A DNA stretch of 64,000 bases, taken from Nitrospinaceae bacterium (lineage in GTDB: Bacteria; Nitrospinota; Nitrospinia; Nitrospinales; Nitrospinaceae). Below are positions 19,578-30,073 of this stretch, in pieces. How positions within the stretch are numbered: position 1 is the first letter of the stretch; each line of letters starts with the position of its first letter. Made by a program: the position numbers and the translations under genes. The notes below the pieces were generated by a model, which was given only the letters and a program-made list of their open reading frames with translations, was not told the DNA's origin and ran no database searches. The stretch lies in contig OZ245011.1 in assembly GCA_965223665.1 (NCBI GenBank), positions 2,464,001 through 2,528,000 of the forward strand. The letters are read 5' to 3'.

Positions 19578-22500
19578 ATGAATCCACCTGAAGATAAAAA
19601 CCTCGAAACCCCAGAGTCACCTTCTGAAGATCCGCCTCCAAAAAAACTAACTCCAAAGAAAAAACCCAGACCTAAAAGATCCATTATAGGATGGGTCCTT
19701 CGCTGGGGATTCTACAGTCTTCTCTTAGTGATTTTGCTTCTTATTGGAATAGCTTGGGGACTTAAATACTTCCCTTGGAATCAATACCGAGCCACTATTG
19801 AAAGTACGCTAACTGAAAAGCTAAATGTTCCCGTTAAAGTAGGTGGAATTCTAATTGATTTGCCAGAAGGAATTCACTTACAAAATGTTAGTTTTGGGGA
19901 CCGTCCCATTCTCTTTTCAGTTAATGAACTAATATTAGACTACGATTTAAAGGAATTATTTAAGGGTAAGTTAATCATTGACCATATCAAGATTGATTCC
20001 CCTCAAGTCAATTTAGTCTCCGAAAATGGCAATTGGAATTTTCAACCCATACTCGATGCCTTGGAAACCTCAAATGAACCAGATGAAACGGAACCTGCTT
20101 CGGGCCCCATTTCAAATGAACCATCGTTAATTCCCTTTAGATTAGACCTACAAAAATTAGAAATAAATAATATCCGCGCATCCACAAAAATTGATGACAA
20201 GTTAGAAGCAATTATTTCAGGTATCAGTTTATTAGCAGAAGGGCAATTTAACCCTGAAAATATTAATGCCAAAATTAATTTCCTTTGGCAACCCTCAACA
20301 AATACTCAACAATCTTATAATCTTTTTTATAGAACCACTGACCCAAAAGAAGTTTACCTCCGAACGCTCATTACCACCGATTTAAATTTAACCGCCCACG
20401 GAATTCAAGAAGGAAGCCTTTCGGGAGTATTTTCCTTGAATAATAATTTTTTTAAATTAGGGCAAGTTTTTCCTTCTCCACAAATTGCAGGAAAACTGGA
20501 AACATCCTTAAATCTTAAGAACGAAACGTTTCAACTCGCTGATTTAATATTAAATATTGGGAAAGAAAATTCCATTAAAGCTTCTGGATCGGCGGAAAAT
20601 ATATTAGAGGACCCAAAGTTCACGATAAATTTAATCCGCACTCGATTTAATCTTGAAGAACTAGTGACCCTCGCTAAAGATTTTCTCCCCCCTCTTAAAG
20701 CCCAAGGAACTTTAGAGATAAATGATTTAGAAGCCAACGGACGATTGAAAAATAATCAAATCGAAAGATTAAGGCTTCCCCAAGGAGAAATTATTATCAA
20801 TAAAGTATTCGCCGAATATCCAGAATTGAATGCCAACATAAAAAATCTATCTTCGAAAATAAAACTCAACAACCTAATTTTAAAGGAGCTACAACCCAAA
20901 GAAGTGGATGCCATAGTTGATATCTTTCTAGATGAAGGCCAATTAGGTTCTGAATATCGAGTCCACGGATTGAATCAAAATCTCATTCTACACGCCGAAG
21001 GAGCGAAATTATCTGAAGGAAATATTAAATTCCACACACAATTACAACAATCCTATGTAGATTTTCCGGAAATTGGAATTATTCAAACTCCCCTAAAACT
21101 TGACGGAGAAATAAGTGGAAATTTGCAATCTGGAGACCTCCCCAAAATAAATATTGATTTAGCACTGGATGAATCCTTGAAATACACAGTGAATGCTTCC
21201 TTAAAAAATTTCGGCAAAAATGGATTTACTATAAACAATTTCCTCAAATTAAATTTCAATCAAATTGCACATATGGTCCCTGAAAAAGTTTTTAAATCAG
21301 TCGGCATTCAAATGCTTTCGGGGACCTCATCCATTCAAACAGTAGCAAAAGGAATTTTCAATGAAAACTTTTTCCCCTCCAAAGCAAACACCCAAAACAT
21401 AATAAAGCTCGAAAATATTGAGACGAAATTACTTAACCCAAATTTAAAAGCAAAGGGTTTGAATTTTTATTTGTCACTCCCTGCAATTATTAAGCATAAA
21501 AAAGGAATAAAAATTCCTGAATTAGATATTAAGGGAAATTGGAAACAAATGGAAGCACTGGATAATTGGATTTTAGGCTCAATGCAATTGGCCACCCATT
21601 TAAAAACAGACCAATTTATTTCTTATGAGGGTAAGTTCTCACCTATCAATATCCAACACCAACTCATGGCACAAATTGATAATATTAGCAGCATTGAACC
21701 CCAAGCGAATATCTCGGATTTCAATATTGATTTATCTACCGAATCAAAAGTAATTTCCCAAAAGGAATTTAGAGATATTAATTTAAAAGGAAAAATTTCT
21801 GCAAGTAAGACTCAAACTCTCAAAAAAGTTAAAACAGGCTCTCTTGAAACTAATTTTGATGTCAAGGCTACTGATCAAAATTTTACAAAAAGCCATGCAA
21901 AAACTTTTATTTCTATTCTTTCTCCAGAACTAAAACAAAAAGATTTTAATTTTAAACTTGACCGAATTAACTTACAAACTCAATCTCAACAGAATCTAAA
22001 AACGGGTGAAGTGCGGGCAAGTTTAATAAATTTGGACATGCTGGATCTATTACATTTAGAAGCCAAGGGACATATTAAAAAATGGGGGGACTGGTTTGCC
22101 ATAAACAGCACCCTTTCCAATACCAATATTAAAAACCTATATTCTCTTATACCTTCTCAATTTAAAGAGGGCCTCGAGGGACTGAATGTTACAGGTACCT
22201 TAGGGATAACATTAATTGGGGAAGGGAGGCGGCCCAATGAAGCAGAAATCAAAAGTTTAAATTTTCCTCTAATGCTGGAAACGAAAGCTAACCTTAATGA
22301 CTTAAGGATCGAATGGCCAGAACAAGGATTAAAAGTGGATAGTTTTAATGCTTCAACTCATTTAAGAAGTAAAAATAATCAAACCCAATTAAAGGGAAAT
22401 ATAGATTTTGGAAAAGTTTTTAAAGATGGGCTCCCGGATAATCGTCCATTGGAGCCTAACTTTAAATTCGATTATTTATTAGATAAATGGGATCGTTTGG

Positions 22501-23651
22501 AAATTCGAGAGACGCAATTGAACATGGACAGCAAGGAATTAGACTTAAAACTTAATGGGCAAATTGAGGGTTTAGGTAATTTTGTAAGAGGAAAACTTGC
22601 TCCAAGTTTTCCAGAAATAATTAAAGCAGTTGATTTTGCCTTACAGGGAACAACCTCAGTAAATGCCGAAACTCTGTCTCCATGGCTTTCTGGTTTTAAG
22701 GGCAAAGGGCAGTTGAATTCAAAATTCAACACCAATCTCATTGCAGGAAAAAATATTCAATTAAATGGCCAAATAGATTTTAACCATTTAACCGCAAGCT
22801 ATAAAAAGAGCACGAGTATCGAGGAACTTCACGGCAAGTTTTTTCTAAGCAAAAATCTTTTTTTAGATAAATCTTTATTGAGAATCCCTTCTAAATCATT
22901 TTCTGTTTCACAAAAAGGATTTTTTCGGCAATTACGCGATTTTTCAAATTTTAAAAATATTGTCAAAATCAAATCAATAAAAATAGGAAACCACAAAATT
23001 TCAGATATTAAATTAGATCTATTTTATAAAGACAATCGTTTTTTTATTGAAAATTTCTTAATGAAAGCTTTAGGAGCTTCCATAGGAGGCAACCTTTTTT
23101 TAACTCAAACAAAAGAAGGTCCGGAATTAAGTTTTTCCAGCGAATTTGCCGGAATCGATTTCAACTCTCTTTCGAAAAAATCCGAATTCAAAAAATCAAA
23201 AGATTCTAAAATGGATGGCAATCTGCATCTCGATTTTAAAATTGGCCAAGCAGATTCTAAAAATCGTGTAAACTTGGACCAATTATCCTCCAAAATAAAT
23301 ATCACAAGAATTGGCAGAGAGGTCCTTGACCGGGTACTTATATTTATTGACCCAGAAGAAAGCAAACCTGCAATTGTCGACACCAGGTCTAAGCTAAAAT
23401 TGGCTTCTCCTAAAAAAGTCAGTATAGAGTTAGAAAATGGAAATATAAGTGTTGCTGTCTGGTTGTATAATAAATTGCTAGGGGGAATTATTAAAGCTCC
23501 AGAGTTAAAACGGGTCCCAATTACACGTTTGAAACCCTTTAGAGACTTTGCAGAAAATCTCCAGGCATTAAAAAAATTTCAATCAGCATTACAATACTTG
23601 AGTGCCAAAGGAATATCATTTGACGAACAGGGAAATATTGCAGTGTATTAA
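19578..23651 (+). CDS. AsmA-like (bridge-type lipid transfer superfamily) protein
   Basis: One N-terminal TM helix, an AsmA-like N-terminus (I.I.SPQVNL...NGNWNF) and about 1300 aa of beta-strand-patterned sequence. Confidence 0.75.
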   Translation: MNPPEDKNLETPESPSEDPPPKKLTPKKKPRPKRSIIGWVLRWGFYSLLLVILLLIGIAWGLKYFPWNQYRATIESTLTEKLNVPVKVGGILIDLPEGIHLQNVSFGDRPILFSVNELILDYDLKELFKGKLIIDHIKIDSPQVNLVSENGNWNFQPILDALETSNEPDETEPASGPISNEPSLIPFRLDLQKLEINNIRASTKIDDKLEAIISGISLLAEGQFNPENINAKINFLWQPSTNTQQSYNLFYRTTDPKEVYLRTLITTDLNLTAHGIQEGSLSGVFSLNNNFFKLGQVFPSPQIAGKLETSLNLKNETFQLADLILNIGKENSIKASGSAENILEDPKFTINLIRTRFNLEELVTLAKDFLPPLKAQGTLEINDLEANGRLKNNQIERLRLPQGEIIINKVFAEYPELNANIKNLSSKIKLNNLILKELQPKEVDAIVDIFLDEGQLGSEYRVHGLNQNLILHAEGAKLSEGNIKFHTQLQQSYVDFPEIGIIQTPLKLDGEISGNLQSGDLPKINIDLALDESLKYTVNASLKNFGKNGFTINNFLKLNFNQIAHMVPEKVFKSVGIQMLSGTSSIQTVAKGIFNENFFPSKANTQNIIKLENIETKLLNPNLKAKGLNFYLSLPAIIKHKKGIKIPELDIKGNWKQMEALDNWILGSMQLATHLKTDQFISYEGKFSPINIQHQLMAQIDNISSIEPQANISDFNIDLSTESKVISQKEFRDINLKGKISASKTQTLKKVKTGSLETNFDVKATDQNFTKSHAKTFISILSPELKQKDFNFKLDRINLQTQSQQNLKTGEVRASLINLDMLDLLHLEAKGHIKKWGDWFAINSTLSNTNIKNLYSLIPSQFKEGLEGLNVTGTLGITLIGEGRRPNEAEIKSLNFPLMLETKANLNDLRIEWPEQGLKVDSFNASTHLRSKNNQTQLKGNIDFGKVFKDGLPDNRPLEPNFKFDYLLDKWDRLEIRETQLNMDSKELDLKLNGQIEGLGNFVRGKLAPSFPEIIKAVDFALQGTTSVNAETLSPWLSGFKGKGQLNSKFNTNLIAGKNIQLNGQIDFNHLTASYKKSTSIEELHGKFFLSKNLFLDKSLLRIPSKSFSVSQKGFFRQLRDFSNFKNIVKIKSIKIGNHKISDIKLDLFYKDNRFFIENFLMKALGASIGGNLFLTQTKEGPELSFSSEFAGIDFNSLSKKSEFKKSKDSKMDGNLHLDFKIGQADSKNRVNLDQLSSKINITRIGREVLDRVLIFIDPEESKPAIVDTRSKLKLASPKKVSIELENGNISVAVWLYNKLLGGIIKAPELKRVPITRLKPFRDFAENLQALKKFQSALQYLSAKGISFDEQGNIAVY

Positions 23652-23683
23652 AATGGGTCACCTATGAAGGAGAAATGCTTTTT

Positions 23684-24106
23684 CTACTCCTTTTTTTTCT
23701 TTTCTTCTGCTTTTCTTTTTTCAGATCTTTCTTTTAAATTCTTTTTATCATTATCTATCGAATTTTGCATATGATCAGAGGACTTTTGAAACCGGCTTTT
23801 CATTTTGTTTAAAAACTTGCGTCCTTCTGATTGCTTTTCCCCCGACTTCTTTTTTGAAGCCTCAGCTTTAACTTCGGCATCTTTTCTTTTTTGCTCTGAC
23901 CTCGCTTGAGCTTCCTTTTTCTTTTCTTCGGCTTTTTCTTGACCTTCATTTCCTTTACCTTGAAGTTTTTTTTTCAGCTTTTGAAACAAGGTAGGTTGCT
24001 CCTCTGAACCCTTTTCTACTTCATCAGCATATAAAGGAAAATTTACTGCCAATCCTAATATAAGAAAACCCAACAAAATGCGAAACAAGATTTTAGAACG
24101 CACCAC
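23684..24106 (-). CDS. Secreted Lys/Glu-rich helical hypothetical protein
   Basis: GGAGG SD before GTG 24106/24103; signal peptide ending PLYA; charged helical body. Confidence 0.7.
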   Translation of the reverse strand: MVRSKILFRILLGFLILGLAVNFPLYADEVEKGSEEQPTLFQKLKKKLQGKGNEGQEKAEEKKKEAQARSEQKRKDAEVKAEASKKKSGEKQSEGRKFLNKMKSRFQKSSDHMQNSIDNDKKNLKERSEKRKAEEKKKKE

Positions 24107-24267
24107 ATCACCCTCCAATCTTTTTAACTTTATTTTTATTTTTTCCAAGATTACTTCAATAAAAAGGACTTATCAACCTATTTCATCGAACTAAAAGTTA
24201 GGCAGTCAACCTTTTAAATTTTGGGAATTTGAAGAATCAAAGTTTTCCAAAGACAAAATGAAAAGCT

Positions 24268-25545
24268 TTAAGGTTTCGGCTGTTGAGCAACTTGATTTTC
24301 TTTTTTGTCTTCTAAGGGAGAAATTAGATTTTGGATAGTTTTTTCAATAAAATTCTTTTCTACTGTTTTGTCTTTTAAATTTTCATTTTCAGGTTTTGTA
24401 GTCGCCACATTTAATTTTTCCTTTTTTAAGTCTTTTTCTTTTTTAGCTTCGTCGCTATCCCCAGATGGAGTTAAAGCCTGAATCGTTTTCTCAATGAGGC
24501 CCGGCTCTTCTTTTCCTTCTTTTTTGGCTTTATCTTTGTCTTTTATTTTCTCTTTATTCTCTACAATTTTTTTCTTTTCAGGGTCTATATTTTTTTCTTT
24601 TTTAGTTTCCTTACTATCTCCCGAAGGAGTCAAAGCCTGAATCGTCTTCTCAATGAGGCCTGGCTCGTCTTTTTCTTCTTTTTTGGCCTTATCTTTGCCT
24701 TTGACCTCTTCCTTTTTCTCCACCACCTTATTTTTTTCCTTGGGTAGTAGTTTATTATCGCTTTTAGACTTTAAAGTTTTCTCCTTTTCCTTATCTTCTT
24801 CAAGAGGAGAAACTAAAGTTTGAATTGTTTTTTCTATTAGGGATTTTTCTTCCATTTTCGGAGGAACTTCTTCTTTACCCTCCTCCGTTGATACTTCTGC
24901 CTTTTTGGACTTATCATCTTCCAAAGGCGAAATTAAAGTTTGAATCGTTTTTTCAATTAGAGATTTTTCTTCTTTAGGAAGCGGAGTTTCATTATTTTCT
25001 TTTGGTTCTTTATTTTCAGCGGTTTCCTTGATTTCAGGATCTTCCAGGTTCGACTGGGGTTTATTTTTCGATTTATCCCCTTCTTTATTCACTAATTTGT
25101 TAAAAGCTTTTTCTAATAGACCTTTTTTTTCTGTTTTATTTGCATTATCCGTCGATGGTTCTTTTTCTAATGTAGCTTCCTCAACATTATCATTTTTAGA
25201 GGATTCTACTTCTTTTTTTTCCTCTTTATCCTCTGGAGTAACCGCTAACTTTTCAAAAACTTTTTTTAATACATTACCTTCCTTTTTCTTTGTCTCATTA
25301 TTTTCTTCAGAGGATACTTTATTTTCAGATTCTTCTTCCACTAATCCCTTTGAGAGAGAATCCGATGGTTTATCACCAAAAACTTTTTCGACAATTTCTT
25401 CTTTAATAACTTCCATAACAGATTTAGATTTTACCTCTGCTTTGGATAGGCCAGGAATTCCCAAGTTGAAGACAAACCCCAGGATTATTACCAATGAAGA
25501 TTGGATTAAAGTTTTACTTATTTTTTTCAAATGCGAATTCAACAT
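24268..25545 (-). CDS. Secreted low-complexity protein with repeated amphipathic motifs (LIEKTIQxL)
   Basis: Signal peptide ending SKA; about 8 related motifs separated by K/E-rich linkers. Confidence 0.8.
   Translation of the reverse strand: MLNSHLKKISKTLIQSSLVIILGFVFNLGIPGLSKAEVKSKSVMEVIKEEIVEKVFGDKPSDSLSKGLVEEESENKVSSEENNETKKKEGNVLKKVFEKLAVTPEDKEEKKEVESSKNDNVEEATLEKEPSTDNANKTEKKGLLEKAFNKLVNKEGDKSKNKPQSNLEDPEIKETAENKEPKENNETPLPKEEKSLIEKTIQTLISPLEDDKSKKAEVSTEEGKEEVPPKMEEKSLIEKTIQTLVSPLEEDKEKEKTLKSKSDNKLLPKEKNKVVEKKEEVKGKDKAKKEEKDEPGLIEKTIQALTPSGDSKETKKEKNIDPEKKKIVENKEKIKDKDKAKKEGKEEPGLIEKTIQALTPSGDSDEAKKEKDLKKEKLNVATTKPENENLKDKTVEKNFIEKTIQNLISPLEDKKENQVAQQPKP
24455..24666. repeat. Intragenic direct repeat with a 159-nt (53-aa) period
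   Basis: Near-identical copies start at 24455 and 24614 and encode PGLIEKTIQALTPSGDS. Confidence 0.85.
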
Positions 25546-25755
25546 GTCAACATTTTTATGAATTACATTAATTGTTTATATAAAAGTATAACTCATTCAT
25601 TCTGCATTGCCACAAAAAAAACATTTTTTTCTCAGAAAGACTCATCTCTTCTAATCCCTTAAAAAACCACTAGTTAAACTGAGAGCTAAAACTTCTTGAA
25701 ATCCTTTTTCAATTTGTTCACAATGACTCAAACCCTATTTTTGGCGAGGAATCTC

Positions 25756-26622
25756 ATGTTAGCGTTTGCAAAAGACATTACTAAAAACAATCATATTCAT
25801 CCTGAAGAAGCAGAAAATGAAAAGCTGAAAAAATATATGCAATACCAGCGGCAAATTAACCATGAAAAGCTAATTTATCATTCACTCGACCAAGCGAAAT
25901 CCAACCTATATAAAGTGATAAATGACGCCAGGGGAGAAGCAGATCCAGTAAGAACTTACATACAAAAATTTTTCCCTGTATCCAGTGAGTATGCGGACGG
26001 TGATACATTAATACTCATGCTTAGAAAACTAATCAATGCTCATAACACCACTAACAACTGGTATCGCATAAATCATTTTTATTATGGTTTGGTATATGAC
26101 TGTTTAGCTCAATATGTAAAAATTTATAACCGACTTATAAAAGAGTCTCCAGAAAAAGCCGAAGAACTGGGTATTACAAAGGATATTGAAATCGATTTTG
26201 ATGATTGGGTCCGTTTATATTTTCATGATTTGGATTTTTTAATTGGAAAGCCCATGAACTATACGCATTTCACTTTTCGTAAAAGAAACCAAGCCATAGA
26301 GCAGTTTTTAAGTAACCAGGCAAAGGAAGAGAAATCAAAGGAAGAAGCCATAGAAATAGCAGGCAAAGAGTTTAATATTGAACCAGAGGCCCAAAAAATT
26401 ATTCTTGGAAAAAGTGTTAGTCAAAATGATTTAGAATTATTCTTTACTTCAGCCGAGAATCCCATCTACCAATTTCTTTATGACCTAAACTCTGAAGAAG
26501 GGTTTATGGATGGAGAATCCCTCATCGATCATTCCTATTTTTTAGCTCATCAATTAAAAGGGCTGGATGAAACTGAAGCTGAATCCGTGGTAAATGAAAT
26601 TGAGAAACTTTCAAAGCACTAA
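25756..26622 (+). CDS. Hypothetical helical protein
   Basis: Long ORF; GAGGA SD before ATG 25756; no motif recognised. Confidence 0.75.
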   Translation: MLAFAKDITKNNHIHPEEAENEKLKKYMQYQRQINHEKLIYHSLDQAKSNLYKVINDARGEADPVRTYIQKFFPVSSEYADGDTLILMLRKLINAHNTTNNWYRINHFYYGLVYDCLAQYVKIYNRLIKESPEKAEELGITKDIEIDFDDWVRLYFHDLDFLIGKPMNYTHFTFRKRNQAIEQFLSNQAKEEKSKEEAIEIAGKEFNIEPEAQKIILGKSVSQNDLELFFTSAENPIYQFLYDLNSEEGFMDGESLIDHSYFLAHQLKGLDETEAESVVNEIEKLSKH

Positions 26623-26713
26623 AAACATGATACACTTAAAGTGATTGATTTTTAGGTGGTCACAGATTAACTATTCTACCTTCACAACTCTCTATTAAGG
26701 AGTAAACATTTAA

Positions 26714-27787
26714 ATGGCTTGGGATGATATACATGCACCTGGTGGCCCATCCGAAAGACCCAGAGGATCTGGAGGAGGTCAACAAGGAGGCCCGCCGGGA
26801 GGTGGCGGCGAAGGAGGCCCTCAATTTCAAATGCCTCAAATTAAAGTACCAAAAATAAAACCTTCTACTATACTAACCGCATTTATTGTTTTATTGCTGA
26901 TTTGGATTGTTCCCAGCGTAGCATATTTTGTAGAACAGGATGAAGAAGGAGTTGTTACACGATTCGGTAAATATGTTCGCACAGAGCAACCCGGTCTTCA
27001 CTTTAAATTACCTTCTCCTATCGAGCATGCCTATACCCCTAAGGTTAAGAAAATTCGGCGTGCCACGGTAGGTTTCAGGGATCGAGGACAAGGGCAAGAG
27101 CAGGATGTCCCAAACGAATCTATGATGCTTACTGGTGATGAAAACATTGTAGATATCGATTTGGTTGTTCAATATCACATTATTGATGCCAAAAATTATC
27201 TATTCAATGTAAAAAACCAGGCACAAGCGGTGCATGATGTTGCGGAGACTGCAATCCGGGGAATTATAGGCAACAAAAAAATTGATGAAGCATTGACTAC
27301 CGGAAAAGCTGAAATTCAAATAATGTTGAAAGACCAAATGCAAGCTATTTTAGATAAATATGAATCCGGAATTGGAGTTGTTACCACTCAGTTAAAAGAA
27401 GTAAATCCGCCTTCGCCTGTGGCAGGTTCATTTAAAGATGTTGTTAATGCCAAAGAAGACAAAGAAAAAATGATAAATGATGCGCAAGGGTATCGAAATG
27501 CAGTAATTCCGGAAGCGCGTGGAAAATCGGCACAAATAATTGCAAATGCCCAGGCATATAGGGAAGAAGTAATTAAGAGGTCGCAAGGGGATGTCTCTCG
27601 GTTTATGGCTCAATATAAAGAGTATGTAAAAGCCCCTGAGGTAACTCGTAAACGGATATATTTAGAAACCATGGAAGAGGTTTTTCCTAATGTAAATAAA
27701 TTTATTATGGGTAAAAAAGGAAGCGGGGTTCTGCCTATATTACCTTTAAACAAAAATCTCGAAAACGCCTTAGGACAATCAAAATAA
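26714..27787 (+). CDS. hflK: FtsH protease modulator HflK
   Basis: MAW start, Gly-rich region, TM helix, SPFH motif MLTGDENIV and APEVTRKRIYLETME. Confidence 0.96.
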   Translation: MAWDDIHAPGGPSERPRGSGGGQQGGPPGGGGEGGPQFQMPQIKVPKIKPSTILTAFIVLLLIWIVPSVAYFVEQDEEGVVTRFGKYVRTEQPGLHFKLPSPIEHAYTPKVKKIRRATVGFRDRGQGQEQDVPNESMMLTGDENIVDIDLVVQYHIIDAKNYLFNVKNQAQAVHDVAETAIRGIIGNKKIDEALTTGKAEIQIMLKDQMQAILDKYESGIGVVTTQLKEVNPPSPVAGSFKDVVNAKEDKEKMINDAQGYRNAVIPEARGKSAQIIANAQAYREEVIKRSQGDVSRFMAQYKEYVKAPEVTRKRIYLETMEEVFPNVNKFIMGKKGSGVLPILPLNKNLENALGQSK

Positions 27788-27818
27788 ATTCTTAAATATT
27801 TTTTCATATGGTTAATTC

Positions 27819-28667
27819 ATGAAACAATCCACAATTTTTATATTGGTTATTTTTATCGTCATTGTCTACAGTTCTATGTTTACAGTAAACATGACTCAAA
27901 ATGCCATTGTATTACAGCTTCAAGAATATAAAAAAACCATTACAGAACCGGGTCTATACTTTAAATTTCCTTTAATCCAGGAAGTAAAGTATTTCACAAA
28001 AAGACTACTGGTATTAGATGCTGCCCCAGCTGATGTCATTACCAAAGATAAAAAAACGATGCTCATTGACAATTACTCCATGTGGCGAATTAAGGACCCA
28101 CTTTTATTTCTTAGAACCGTTAGAACGGAACGGGGGGGAGAATCACGTTTGGATGACATAATAAAGTCGGAATTGAGGGTAGAATTGGGTACGCATGAAC
28201 TAATTGAAGTTGTGACCAGTACTCGGGAAATTATTATGGAAAAAGTAGCTCAAGAATCGAATAAAAAGGCCGAGGAATATGGCATTGAGGTTATTGATGT
28301 AAGAATTAAACGTGCTGACCTTCCAGATGACAATGCTAATAAAGTTTTTAACCGAATGCGCTCCGAGCGTGAACGAATAGCAAAAAAATATCGTTCTGAA
28401 GGAAAAGAGGAAGCGACGAAAATTCGAGCAACCACAGATAAAGATAAAGTAATTTTAATTGCGGAGGCTTATAAAAAGGAACAGATCATTCGTGGTGATG
28501 GGGACGGACAAGCAACAAAAATTTATGCCGACGCTTTTAATAAAGATCCAAATTTTTATGCATTTATGAGATCCATGCAAGCATATAAAAATTCATTAAA
28601 AACAGATACAACTGTTTTACTTAACGAAGATTCAGATTTCTTAGAATTTTTAAATAAATCACAGTAG
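27819..28667 (+). CDS. hflC: FtsH protease modulator HflC
   Basis: ITKDKK, DVRIKRADLP, RMRSERER and DPNFYAFMRSMQAY. Confidence 0.96.
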   Translation: MKQSTIFILVIFIVIVYSSMFTVNMTQNAIVLQLQEYKKTITEPGLYFKFPLIQEVKYFTKRLLVLDAAPADVITKDKKTMLIDNYSMWRIKDPLLFLRTVRTERGGESRLDDIIKSELRVELGTHELIEVVTSTREIIMEKVAQESNKKAEEYGIEVIDVRIKRADLPDDNANKVFNRMRSERERIAKKYRSEGKEEATKIRATTDKDKVILIAEAYKKEQIIRGDGDGQATKIYADAFNKDPNFYAFMRSMQAYKNSLKTDTTVLLNEDSDFLEFLNKSQ

Positions 28668-28705
28668 CAAGTAGCACCTAAAATTCTTTTCTTATTTGAT
28701 TCCTC

Positions 28706-30073
28706 ATGAATATTTTGATCGTGGGCGCAGGAATTGTAGGGTTTAATTTAGCCCAGGAACTTTCCCATGAAGGCCATAACATCTCTATAGTAGATGACGA
28801 TTCCCACCGAATAAAACTCATTTCAGATAAACTCGACGTATTAGCTATACATGGTAATGGCTGCTTCCCAAGTGTTCTGATAAAAGCAAAAATTAGAGAT
28901 GCTGAAATGGTGATTTCTGTCACCGATAAGGATGAAATCAATCTTATGGTTTGCTTTTTAGCCCATAAGTTTAATATTCCACAAAAGTTCGCACGCCTTA
29001 GAAGCTTAGAGCTTACTGGTGAAACAAAAGTATTTCATCCGCAAGAATTGTTTGTGGACCATGCCATTAACCCAGGAGAAATAATCATTGATAACATCCA
29101 GAAAATTATCAAAACCCCTGGTGCGGTCAATGTGGCTAATTTTGCTGAAGGAGAGATTTTACTTCGTGGCTTTGACGTAACAGAAACCGCTCCCCTTGCA
29201 AACAAAATCATTCATGAAATACGCGATTTATGTGAATTCAATTCTTTTTTAGTGGTATCCATAGTCCGCGATGGAAATCTAATTATCCCAAAATATGAGG
29301 ATAAAATATGTGCGGGAGATAAAATTTATATTTTGGTTCATCGTGATTTTCTCCCTCTTGTTTTACCCATGTTTAATAAAACTGCTGACGAAATTCAAAA
29401 AGTAATTATGTTTGGGGCGAACTCAATATCGATTCACTTAGCCAAAGCACTGGAAAATTCCATTCGAGATGTTTCAATTATAGAACCTAATTTGGAAAAT
29501 GCTAATTGGGCGGCGGATGAACTTGAAAGCACGGTAATCCTACATGGGACTGGAACCGATCCCGATTTACACAACGATATAAACATGCAGGATGCAGATT
29601 TATTTCTTTCCCTCTCGGACGATGATGAATTGAATATTCTTTCCGCTCTTCTTGGGAAAAAACATGGTGCGAAAAGAGTTGTAGTGATTACTCAAGATCC
29701 TGACTACCTCCCCATTTTGGATTCCATTGGAATGGACATCACAATTAATCCACGCTTAATTACAATTTCTGCAATTCTCAGCCACCTGCGAAAAGGCCAA
29801 GTAGTGAATGTTCATAAACTTATTGAAGAAGAAGCTGAAGTTTTAGAAATCGTAACCACCTCCGAATCTGCCGCGGTAGGAAAAGCAATTAACCAACTCA
29901 AAATGCCGCAGGAAGCGATAATTGGTTCTATATTAAGAAATGGGGAAATGATTGTCCCGAGCGGAAAAACCATAATTGAGGCGGGAGACACTGTCATTCT
30001 AGTCACTCTCCCTAATTCCATAGAAAAGATCGAAAAAATTTTCGGTCGTAAAACTTCCTTTTTTCTAGGATGA
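28706..30073 (+). CDS. trkA: Trk K+ uptake NAD-binding subunit
   Basis: IVGAGIVG and tandem RCK N/C domains. Confidence 0.95.
   Translation: MNILIVGAGIVGFNLAQELSHEGHNISIVDDDSHRIKLISDKLDVLAIHGNGCFPSVLIKAKIRDAEMVISVTDKDEINLMVCFLAHKFNIPQKFARLRSLELTGETKVFHPQELFVDHAINPGEIIIDNIQKIIKTPGAVNVANFAEGEILLRGFDVTETAPLANKIIHEIRDLCEFNSFLVVSIVRDGNLIIPKYEDKICAGDKIYILVHRDFLPLVLPMFNKTADEIQKVIMFGANSISIHLAKALENSIRDVSIIEPNLENANWAADELESTVILHGTGTDPDLHNDINMQDADLFLSLSDDDELNILSALLGKKHGAKRVVVITQDPDYLPILDSIGMDITINPRLITISAILSHLRKGQVVNVHKLIEEEAEVLEIVTTSESAAVGKAINQLKMPQEAIIGSILRNGEMIVPSGKTIIEAGDTVILVTLPNSIEKIEKIFGRKTSFFLG

Noticed and set aside
24268-25545. CRISPR-like repeats
   Set aside because: The repeats are in-frame, degenerate at synonymous sites and irregularly spaced; no cas genes are present.
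25028-25561. 177-aa Ser/Phe-rich + strand ORF
   Set aside because: Antisense shadow of the K/E-rich gene. The same applies to the other short ORFs nested in or opposite long genes.
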